Assembly (NCBI RefSeq): GCF_009914755.1
Contig: NC_060940.1
Length of the DNA stretch: 64,000 bases
Reading direction: 5' to 3' (one strand)
DNA from: the human T2T-CHM13v2.0 reference genome, Homo sapiens
Under the pieces are notes generated by a model that saw only the letters and a program-made list of their open reading frames with translations, ran no database searches and was not told where the DNA came from. Below, in pieces: positions 11,763 through 22,380 of this stretch (position 1 is the first letter of the stretch; every line of letters begins with the position of its first letter). The translations under genes and the position numbers were made by a program.

Positions 11763-14700
11763 GCATGCACATGGCCATTGTCTTGACTTCCCATGATCTC
11801 CTGGCCCTGTTACTGCCCCCACCCCAGCCCCTTCCTGGCCCTACCTGATACCTGGTGGTCCCAGAGCCCTAAAAAGGATCAGGGAGGCACTCAGTGGGTG
11901 CTGGTTTTTGTTTTCAAAAGTTCTGAGCTCTGTCTGCTGCGAGCGGCTTTGCTCTCGAGCGCCACGGCTTCAAAGGAGGGCACCTTGAGCTGTTCTGAGA
12001 CGGGAGCACAGGCCCTATAGTCCAGCCTCGCTGAGTGACAGCAGGCAGGCCGCCTGACCCCTCCAGGCCTCAGTTTCCGCATCTGTAAAATGGACATAAG
12101 GAAAGCCACAGCCGCAGGAAGCCTCCACGAGGAGGGGGACTGCGGAGTGTGTAGCGCAGAGTGTGGCTGGAGTCACTTCCCAGACCTCGGCTGCAGGCCT
12201 TGAGCTTGTCGGCTGCCCCGGGGCGGCCTGGGTTATCTCGGATTGGGGGGTGCGGGCAGGTTCTACGGGGAGAAGCCGCCATCTGCAACCTGGAACTCCC
12301 CTTTCCGCGGCCAAGAGGCGGCCGAGCAGGGGCCGGGAGCAGCCACCTTGCGCTCCCCCGTCGGTGGCAGTCACCATGGCCTCATGGCAGGAGGAGCTCA
12401 CCCCCCAAACCCCGTTACCCTCTCAGCACCAGGGAGGCTTCCAGGTGGAAGCCGGAAGGGATCCACCAGTGGGGTTGTTGCAGTGCGGCCCCGCTGTCCA
12501 AAGCAGGACGCCCGGCCGGGGTGAGAGGCCGCGGGCAGAGCCTCCCGTCACAGGGACCAATCACAACACACCAAACCCCGCCGTCACCACCCACAGCAAA
12601 CCCAGGAAGCGAGGGGGAAACAGGGAGGGGGCTGATTCCAGGAGGGGGTGTCCGCGGGCCTCCAGGGTGAGTCGGGGCCCTGCAGTAGGGAGCAGAGGGT
12701 GCAGTAGAGGGCGCAGCCCTGCACGGGCAGGAGGCCGCAGGGCCTGAGTGGGGGGCGAGGCGGGCGTGGACAGGCAGGAGTGCGGCCCGGTCACTGGGCC
12801 TGTGGCCTTGGACTCCAGTGAGGCAGCAGGAGGAGCCGGCAGGAGGAGAGAAGGGCTGGGGTCTGAGCGTGATCCCAGAAGTGGCCACAGAGAAGGGACC
12901 TCGGGTGGAGGCCACCAGGGCCTGGACTCCCTCCTCCTCCCTGGAGCCACCAGCCCGGATGCGAAGGGAAGGATGGGCGGCAGGAGGCGGAGAGCTCCTA
13001 TTTTATCTTTGAAATGACCTTGTTTGCCGGAGGGGCGGCTGCTTAAGATTCTGCTATGCAAATGGCTAAGCCATAATCTATAATCCCTGCACGCGCTCGG
13101 GAGCAGCTCGGCCGTGGCTCATCCTGCAGGCCCGTCCCATCGTGGGATGTGGGGCTGAGTCCTGGGCATCCCACTCCTGCCTCGGAAAATGGAGGCGCTC
13201 AGACGTGCCAGCCCCACTAGGACTTGGAGGGGTGGAGCCGGGGTCCCATTCGACTCCCTGGGGTCCTGGGCTGGCCCATTTCACGGGCCCTGTGTGGTCG
13301 TCTGCCCAGAGAGTAATCGTGTAGGCTGGGCCACAAGGAAACAGGTGCAGGAAAAGGCCGAAGAGCGTGGGGGCTGGACCCTGGAGTGTGGAATCCCCTC
13401 CCCTGGAACAGGCCTCCGCCACCTCCCTCTGTGAGGCTGGGCAGAACTGAGGGGAACTGGGCTCAGAGGAAAGCTTCTCGCCCAGGGCTACCTGGGGCAC
13501 CGAGGAGGCCTCACTTGTCCGTCCTTCCTCTGGCCCCCTACCTGCCCACCTGTGCCAGTGCAGAGGAGGTGCCTGGTCTGCTGGGTGGGCAGAGAGCGAG
13601 TCTCCCCCAGCTCTGCCTGTGTCTGTCTGGGAGGCAGCGTGGTGCAGGCACCGAGGGTGGGAAGGATGGCCTGAGACCTGACGCTAAGGGCAGGACCGTG
13701 CCAAGGGTGCCATGCTAGGCGGGGAGTGAGGAGGCGGCCTCAGAGGCCCACAGGACTTGCCCACCACTCTGTGTGTGTGAAGTAACATGAGGGAAGCCGG
13801 GGCTCTATGGCCCCGGATGGAAGGTGAGTGGCCAGGAGCCCACTTGGGGGCCAGGGTGGTGGGGTTCCCTTCACCAGGAGGCGTCTCGGGGCCTAGAGCT
13901 TTTTCCTGGTAACCAAATGTATGAAACAAAATGCAACTGGGCCATGGGGAGGGGGGCATGCTAAGGCAAGAGGAGCACAGGGGTCCGCCTGTGAGGTGGG
14001 AGCTGGGGTGGTCCAGGGCAAAGCGTGGCCGCATTGCCCACAGGCTCCGGGGCAGGCTCCCAGCAGTGACTCCTGCGGCTCTCACCTGAGCCTGGGCTCC
14101 ATGTGGCCCCACGGCCATCCTTGGGCAGGGCAGGACACTCCATCCCAGAGTCCTCTGGAGCCGAAGGAGGAGGCTTCCAGAGGGCACCTGGCAGTGGCAT
14201 CCACTGCCCTTGGGTGTCAGGGAGAATTTTCCTGGTGGGCTCAGCACACATCCCCTGCCTGGCCTCCTGGAAGGGTTTTCCATGAGGAGGGACCAGCCTG
14301 GGCAGAGGTGAGAGGCCCAGGATGTGACAGCGGCGGGGCTGGCTTTATCCTGAGAGCACAGGGCTGGGGGTTCCAGGCTGGAGCCTGGCCTTGGAGACAG
14401 GCTGGATAGGAGAGGGAGGGCAGAGTGGGGCTGGGTTGGTGCTTGGGGACCTGACCCAGGTGCACCACTGAGGCTCAGCCCTGGCCTGTGCAGTTCCCGG
14501 GCAAGCAATCCTCATGAAGCCCAGACCCCGCCCCACCCCCACTGACTCCAGGGGCAAAGTGGGGCCTGGGAAGCTGGGCCTTTGGTGGAGGAGAGGCCTG
14601 GGGTACCCTGCGGCTGAGATTGAACAGGGGGGCTCCCCTGGACCCTGAAGCCCCCACCTGGGGGCTTCAGGCTGTGGAACAAAAGTCCCCACCTGCCCTG

Positions 14701-15450
14701 GCCCAGGGTGGGCCACAGGGGAGAGAAAGCAACAGAGAGGGGGCTTGGGGTGGGGACGGGGACCCTCACCCACACACTGCTGGGCATCAGAGCACACCAG
14801 CACTGGTCATGTACACGGGGCTTGAGGAGATCGCCTCTCACTGGGCGTTTCCTGTGAGGGGGGCTCTCGACTCCTGGTATACAGGGTCTCTCACGTCTGG
14901 CAGCCAGTCCTGCAGGGGAGGTCTGAGTTGGATCCCACTCTACAGTTAGGGAAACGGGGGCTCAGCAAGGTGAGGTGGCTTCGCCACAGCGGTCCAACCC
15001 TGAGTGGACATGGGGCTGGGACTTGGGCAGCGCTGCCTGTGGGTGGGGGGCTGCCAGGCCTGCCCCTGCCCAGGAGCCGCACACACCTGCTCCTGGCTCG
15101 CTCCACCCGTAAGTGCCTCAGGACCTGGAGCTCTCCCAGGACCACTATGGACAAGGTGAATTCCAGCTGATCACACAAGTCGTGACTTTTCCATCCCCAC
15201 TCCATCCTGGGCTCTGATGGCAGAGATGGGAAGGCTGGCCATGTCCCCAGGGCACTGCTGGCCAGTAGAAGGGATGCCCGAGTGTCAGGCTGGGTGTGAG
15301 AGATGGGAGGGGCGGCAGGTGGACGGCCCCAGCCCCAGCCCCAGCCCCAGCCCCATTCCAAGGTGTGACAGACACAGTAGAGTGGGGTCGGGTGTGCACA
15401 AGGAGCTGGCTCAGGGCCTGAGTTTCAAGTGGTCAGTGGTGGCTGGAACA

Positions 15451-15632
15451 TCAGGGCCCGGGCGGGGATGGGGTTCAGAGGGGTCAGGGTGGGGCTCAGG
15501 GCCTGGGCGGGGATGGGGTTCAGAGGGGTCAGGGTGGGGCTCAGGGCCCGGGCGGGGATGGGGTTCAGAGGGGTCAGGGTGGGGCTCAGGGCCCGGGCGG
15601 GGATGGGGTTCAGCGGGGTCAGGGCGGGGGCT
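15451..15632 (+). repeat. 45-bp G-rich minisatellite, 4 copies (preceded by (CCCCAG)n at ~15327-15355)
   Basis: tcagggcccgggcggggatggggttcagaggggtcagggtggggc x4. Confidence 0.95.
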
Positions 15633-15889
15633 CAGTGCCAGGGACTGCAAGGAGCTGCCTCGGTTTTCTTGGCTGTAAAATGGGTACCCTGAAGGGTTTT
15701 GTGGGGGGTGTTCGTGCCGTGAGCGATCCGGTCCAGCATCCCGGCGCTGGGAGCCGGCAGCTGCTGTGAGGCGGGAGGAGGGCTCTGTCCACTATTTCCT
15801 GCCTGAGGCCCACGAAGGGTCCCCCGCCCCAGGGTCCCGACAGGGCCCGCCCGAGGCTGGGAATCCTCACCCGAGTGTGTGAGGGCGTC

Positions 15890-16140
15890 GGGCTGGTTAT
15901 CTGGGCCGAGCTCCATCTGACTAATCTCGCCGGCGGAGCGTCTACGCAAACCTCAAGGCCTGCTATCGGGTGGAGGCTGAGGCGGGGGCCCGGCCTGATG
16001 GACAGCAGGGAGATGGGCCGATAGGCGACTGGCTCCCTCCCCACCCGGTGTGCGTGGGTGGGAAATCATTCCAGCTATTCTGCCTTATCAGCGGCCCTGT
16101 GCTGCCCCCGATAGCACTATTAGTCTTAGATTAACGGCGG
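15890..16140. promoter_or_regulatory. GATA-motif cluster, intron 3
   Basis: TTATCT 15897, CTATCG 15963, CGATAG 16019, TTATCA 16085, CGATAG 16109. Confidence 0.65.
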
Positions 16141-19115
16141 AGGAGGGGGCCCTGGCGGATGGCAGGGGTCAGCCTGGGGTCAGCTCCAGAGACCAGACCC
16201 AGTGCTGGGTCAGGAGCCACCTCCTCTGGCTGTCCTGGGGAACACGGACCCACCTGGGGGGTCCCCAGAGGGAGCCTCAGACCCCGCCCCACTTCACAGC
16301 TGGGCAGAGGGGGCCCTGGGGAGCCCGAGACAGAACCCGAGGAGGGGCTGTGTGTCTCGCAGCCACGCCCCTTCCCCGGAGGTTTGCTGAGCACTTTGGG
16401 GCCAGGCGCATATCAGGTGCTGGATAGACAGGGATGGGCCTGCCCTGGACGTGTATGGTGGAGGGACACGGGCCCTGGAACCAGAAAGAACATGGGTGTC
16501 CTGCCCGGGAGCAGTTAAGAGAAGGAGGTGGCATGTTCATTCAACCAGCGTGTGTATGAGGGACGTGCTCAGGCCAGCATAGCCCAGGCCCTCCGGGATC
16601 TGCTCCTTGGTGAGGGAGACACCCCAAATCATGACGAGGTAGGAACCCCACATGTCCGAGGGGCAGGCAGAGCCGGCCTCGCTGAGCCGACGTTTGAGTT
16701 CCAAATGAACGAGGGGCATCTGGAAACGGTGTCCCAGGCCGAGGGCGCAGTCCCGGAGCCGGGGGCACCCCTCTAATCTGGAGTGATCGCAGGGGTGAGG
16801 CAGCAGTCAGCTCAGAGCCTGAGGCCCCATCACATTGGGCCTGCGGCTGCAGAGGGTGGTTATCTTGGAAACTGAGTTCAGAGGTCGCAGGCTCTGGCTG
16901 GCCTGACCCTGGGTCGTTGGCGTGGACACCTTGGCTGCCCCTGGCCCTGAGCCTTCCCATGACACCCTTCCCTCCCCTCTCCCAAGCACTGGCCCCAGGC
17001 CTGGGTGGGGGCTGCACCCGGGTCCTGCCTGCACCACCAGACCCCAGGCCTGCCTCTCCACGCAAGGCCCTGTGGGCGGAGCCCCTGGACAGGGTTGAGC
17101 TTGGGGCCAGAGCCATCTGCAGCCCCCGAGGCCGGCTCCCCTTCCTTCATCCCCAGCTCCCCAACGGCCCCCGTGGCTCCCCCATGACCAGGCTGCCGGC
17201 ACCCTGGGGCCTGGCTGACCTCCCGCACCCACCCCAGCCCTGGCCATACAGAAGCCGCCTCCTGAACCTGGCCCTGACTTCAGCCTCCACCCCGGGAAAG
17301 TCACCTGGGCCTCGAAGTCCCGAAATCGCAGGCAGAGCCGGCACTCACTCACTCCCTTGTACTTCCATTTATTGAGCACAAGCTATGTGCCAGCCCTGTG
17401 ATAGACAGGGGGATGCAGCGTGAGGAAAACAGACCTCCTCCAGAGCAGCCGCGGAGGAGAAGAGAGCAGTCGTGGGGGCCGCGCAGCGGGTGGGAGACGC
17501 AGGCCAGGGCAGAGGAAGCCGGGTACAGAGGCCTGGGGTGGGGCCGGCCCAGCTGACTTTGGGAGCAGCGAAGGGGCCAGGGGGCAGGCAGGACCGCGCA
17601 CGTGGACAGGGCGGAGCCTGGTGCCTAGCAGGCTGGACACGGAGCAGGTCTGCGTGCAGTGTGGGGGACCCCACCTGGGTGGCCCCTGAATCCCGCTGGC
17701 TGGGTGGAGGACGGCTCAGGGGCAGACAGAGGGAGATCTGAGAAAGGGCTTGGCTGAAGTGGGCAGTGTCCCCATTCACAGATGGGAAACTGAGGCCAGG
17801 AGAGGTGAGGTAGCCACCCCACCCCCATGCTGGGGAGGGGCCGAGTGGGCACAGAGCCCACAGGCCTGCCTCCCAGGGAAGGGCCCAGGCCCACCCATCC
17901 AGCCTCTCCGGGTCCAGCCCCCAAGTCCCGTGGGCTCCCCGGCCCCTCCTCGGCCCCATGCCAGCAGAGGGTGAGCGGACAGTGGATGCCCCATGAGGAG
18001 CGCAGCCGGAGCCCTGGGTCTCCAGCCATCCTGGTGGTTGGGGGGCGGGGGCCGGGCCTGGCTGCCTGCCGTGCTGCCCTCTGGCCTCACCACCTTCCGG
18101 GAGAGGCTATCTGTGGCCAGGGCAGCCTATCTCGGCCGCAGGCGCTAATCAAGCTGGCTTCCTCCTCCGCCCTCCCACCCGGCTTCCTGCCCCGGCCATC
18201 CCCCACCACCAGCCCCCACCCAGGCCCCGCCGTTGCCCTACCGGCCCCTCCCAGACATCTCGGGGGCAGGCCCACCAGAGTCACCTGGGCGAGCCCCTGG
18301 AGCCCCGGCTACTGCCCAGAAGCTTCCCTCCTTGCCCCTCCTGGGCCTGCCGCATGGCCGGGGACACAGCCAGCTCCCCCCATGAGCTGGTGGCCTCGTC
18401 AGGAAGACGGCCACAGGGCGCTCTTGGGAGGACCCTTGGGACAGTGGGCAGGCGCTGGGCAAGCCACAAGCGTGTCGCTGGCAGCTGCTGCCCCAGCTGC
18501 CCTTGTTCCCACCACTACACCCGTGTCACCACCAGCGTGGGCACCGTGACTGTCACTAGCACAGAAACAGCGCTATTAGAGAGTGCTGCTGCTGGCCTGG
18601 CCGCTGTCACCTTGCTGGTGCTGTCGCTGTCACTCTGGGTCATTCTGTCACCTTGCTAGGACTGTTGCTGCCAGCAGTGCTGTTGCCGTTACTGGCACCA
18701 ACCCTCCCGCTGGCACAACGGCAGACTCAGCTTCCAGGTGTCACCTCTCTCACCGCAGACCTGGGGCCTGTTGTGCCCTGTTCTGGGCTCAGGGTCCTCA
18801 TCTGTGAGACGTGGACAGGACAGTTCAGGCTCCCTGGGGCTGCTGGGGCAGGGCAGGGCCCACAGTTTCTCTTTCCCAGCAAGTCTGCGTGGTCAGCTCG
18901 GATCTTGGCCACCCTGGGCTGAGCCAGGTCCTGGGCACAGTGCTGGGTCCCTAGACGGCACCTCGGTGTCCTCACCTGACCGACAGGTACAGCGGGCCCT
19001 CCCTGTGGGGGTGCAGCCTTGGCTGGGGATATGTCAGGGTCTCTAAGGCTGGCCCCTCCCCACACTGGCCTGACTTCTCCACCTCCTCCTGCCCAGGAGG
19101 GAAACTGAGACACCA

Positions 19116-19923
19116 CTGCTGGTGATGGAGGTAGCGGTCATGGATGCGGGGGCCCTCCCGCAGGTGCTGGTGATGATGGAGATAGCAGACATGGATGCGG
19201 GGGCCCTCCCGCAGGTGCTGGTGATGATGGAGATAGCAGACATGGGTGCGGGGCCCTCCCGCAGGTGCTGGTGATGATGGAGATAGCGGGTGTGGGTGCA
19301 TGGGCTCTCCCGCAGGTACTGGTGATGATGGAGATAGTGGGCCTGGGTGCGGGGGCCCTCCCGCAGGTGCTGGTGATGATGGAGATAGCAGACATGGGTG
19401 CGGGGCCCTCCCGCAGGTGCTGGTGATGATGGAGATAGCAGACATGGGTGCGGGGCCCTCCCGCAGGTGCTGGTGATGATGGAGATAGCAGACATGGATG
19501 CGGGGGCCATCCCGCAGGTGCTGGTGATGATAGAGATAGCAGACATGGGTGCGTGGGCCCTCCCGCAGGTGCTGGTGATGATAGAGATAGCAGACATGGG
19601 TGCGTGGGCCATCCCGCAGGTGCTGGTGATGATGGAGATAGCGGTCATGGATGCGGGGCCCTCCCGCAGGTGCTGGTGATGATGGAGATAGTGGGCCTGG
19701 GTGCGGGGCCCTCCCGCAGGTGCTGGTGATGATAGAGATAGCGGGTGTGGGTGCAGGGGCTCTCCCGCAGGTGCTCTTGATGATGGAGGTAACGGGTGTG
19801 GGTGCCGGGCCCTCCCGCTGGTGCTGATGATAATGGAGATAGCGGGCATGGGTGCAGGGCCCTGCCGCTGGTGCTGGTGATGGAGGTAGTGGGCGTGGGT
19901 GCAGGGCCCTCCTGCCACTGCTG
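19116..19923 (+). repeat. 50/51-bp VNTR, ~16 copies, carrying CAGGTG and AGATAG
   Basis: gcggggccctcccgcaggtgctggtgatgatggagatagcagacatgggt units; CAGGT anchors at 19161, 19212, 19262 ... 19768. Confidence 0.98.
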
Positions 19924-20133
19924 TTTGCCATGGGATCAACCCCAGCCCGCGAGGGGGCTCCTGGGCCGATGAGCAAACTGAGGCCCAGTGAGTTCACGTG
20001 GTTCATCCGAGGTGGAGACCAGGCCGGTGAGCCCTGACCTCCTGACCCCAGCCCTGCAAACGCCCCAACCCATGGTTTAACACTCCTAGTAGCTCCTCCA
20101 CCCCCGACGCGGCTCCACCCGCCCCCCCCATTC

Positions 20134-20135
20134 AT

Positions 20136-20177
<42 letters not shown>
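20134..20177 (+). repeat. (ATTT)n tetranucleotide microsatellite, ~11 units
   Basis: Direct reading; not attached to an Alu tail. Confidence 0.95.
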
Positions 20178-20178
<1 letters not shown>

Positions 20179-21244
20179 TCTCTCCTCCTTCTCTGCGTGT
20201 AACTTTTTATTTCCTCACTGCGCTTTTCCATTACAGCGGCCGTGGACGCAGCTGATAAGATCGGTCCCCGGAGATGGGACAAAGGGGCCGCCATCGGCTC
20301 GAGGGCTGGTCATATCCTGCCCGAAAGGGCCGAGCAGGGCCTGAGATGCGGCAAGATGCTATCTCGGGTTTATTGCGTCTCGTGAGGGTGCCTCCCACCC
20401 CGGCCCCCCGCCCTCTCCCGCCCTGCCCAGGGGCCCGGGCGCCGGGCACTCAGGACCCACCTCTGCCCCATAGGCCTGACGCCTCTGTGCGTGCCCCTCC
20501 ATGTCCCCCAACCCCGTCCCTGTGCCCTGTGGGCCGCCCGGGGCCATGGACAGGGTCTTTGGCCCCAGGTTCCCATCTGGATCCACCCTGGAGTCACTGT
20601 AGGTCTTGGGCTTGTCCCCAGCCTCCCAGAGCCCCACTGTCCCTTCCCGTCCAGTGCTGCTGGAGGCAGTGGCCTTGGTGACCCCCCCTAGCCGAGGGTC
20701 CCCACCTCGCAGGTCGGAGCCACCCGGTCCGGGCTGCCCCAGCGCCAGCAGCTGCTGCTTCCCTTGACTCAGCAGTTGGCTCCTGGGAATTTATCCCAGA
20801 AAAATCATCCCGGCATGGGCGGGCTCAGGTCAGCATGTCAAAGATGGCAAGCCATTTATTTTTTTAAATTTTTGCTGTCTTGCCACGTTTCTTCCAGAGA
20901 AGGATGTTCTAAGGGCAGCAGAGGCCACGTGGATGCCCGTTTGTGGGTCTCTGCACACACGGTGGCCGGACGGCAGATCCGGGGCTGCCCTCAGAGCGCT
21001 CGCCACCCCCACCCGCCTTTAGCTGTCGTTCCTCCAACCCCACCAGCCATGAAGGCCCCTCAGGGCTGGAAGGCTGTGTGCGGTCTCTTCGGCAGGTGGG
21101 AGGTGGCAGGGGCGCTGCTCCGCGGGGCAGGGTGGGTGGATGAGCACGGCGCCCCTGGGACAGGAACCCCCACTGTAGCACAGTGCTTGATTCAGGGGCC
21201 AGTGGGGACCCCCGTGGGTCCTGAGCAGCGGCACAGGGGAGGGA

Positions 21245-21571
21245 GCTGTGTCTGGGGGGCCACGGTTCCTGAGTGGAGGGATCTGTGTCTGGGGAGGGGC
21301 CCACGGTTCCTGAGTGGAGGGATCTGTGTCTGGGGGGCCCACGGTTCCTGAGTGGAGGGATCTGTGTCTGGGGAGGGGCCCACGGTTCCTGAGTGGAGGG
21401 ATCTGTGTCTGGGGGGCCCACGGTTCCTGAGTGGAGGGATCTGTGTCTGGGGGGCCACGGTTCCTGAGTGCAGGGATCTGTGTCTGGGGGGCCCACGGTT
21501 CCGGAGTGGAGGGATCTGTGTCTGGGGGGCCCACGGTTCCTGAGTGGAGGGATCTGTGTCTGGGGAGGGGC
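21245..21571 (+). repeat. 37-41-bp VNTR, ~8.5 copies
   Basis: ggggcccacggttcctgagtggagggatctgtgtctgg; length variation only in the G-run. Confidence 0.97.
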
Positions 21572-22299
21572 CGGCCTGTTCTGCCTCCAGGGCTCCTCCT
21601 GCTTCCTGGTCTTTCCCACCCTCTGCCTGGCCTGCATCTGACTCACAGCCAGCTGCCTCTCTGTGGGGCCAGGTCCTCTCTGACCTCGGTCTTCTCATCT
21701 GTGTTGGGGTGATCGGTGCCATGGCAGCACCCTCTGTGGCTTCCCATAAAATCACACGTGACTTTTAGAAGAGGAGACACATTCACAGTTCACGGAAGCA
21801 CCTTCTGCCTCCGGGACTCACATGGGGCTGGGCTCACCCCGGGGCACAGGCCCTGTACCCCAGTTAGCGCCTCGGGCTGCCAGGCAGATCTTGGGCTCCC
21901 GAGGCCTCAGTCTCCCCCTGGTTAGCACCTCCTCTGTGGAGGTGATGAGCCTGAAGGGTCAGTGAGGGCTCAGGGCAGCAGCCTTTTCTGGAAGGGACTT
22001 TTCCATTCTTAGGGGGTAGCAGTGTCCTGACACTCTCGGTGGGCACCAGCGTCCTCACCAGCACCTGCCTGGGTGTCCATGGCTGCCCTCAGTGGGGGTG
22101 GGTGCCTGCCAGGCTGGGTAGATGGTCTCGCCCAGGGCTGGGGCAGTACCCTGGGCCCTCACTCACCCTCTCCCATTTATGAAGCACAGACAGAGTCCCC
22201 AGGGGGCAAATGAACAGGCTGAGCAGGGGCCTGGTAGGAAGAAAGGGCCCTCAGCGGCATCCAGACCCTGGAAAAACGGGGCAGAGGCCAGGGCGCCCA

Positions 22300-22380
22300 G
22301 GCCGATAGGACACAGATAAGGTAAAGAAAATATGTCCTGTGCAAACAGCTTATCTGACATCCTGTTTTCAGCCACCAATA
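22300..22380. promoter_or_regulatory. GATA-motif cluster, intron 3
   Basis: CGATAG 22303, AGATAA 22314, TTATCT 22350, CCAAT 22375. Confidence 0.6.

Noticed and set aside
10881-11822. 200-313-aa ORFs on both strands
   Set aside because: Products of the stop-free 20-bp VNTR
19116-19923. GTGATGA box-C motif in each unit, suggesting a snoRNA array
   Set aside because: No matching CTGA box D or terminal stems per unit
18972-20135. His-rich 387-aa ORF (YLHHHQHLREGP repeats) resembling a metal-binding protein
   Set aside because: Reverse translation of the 50/51-bp VNTR; unit-length changes scramble frames, so no frame is preserved
11009-21571. Regular repeats superficially resembling CRISPR arrays
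   Set aside because: Head-to-tail units without unique spacers, eukaryotic intron context, no cas genes
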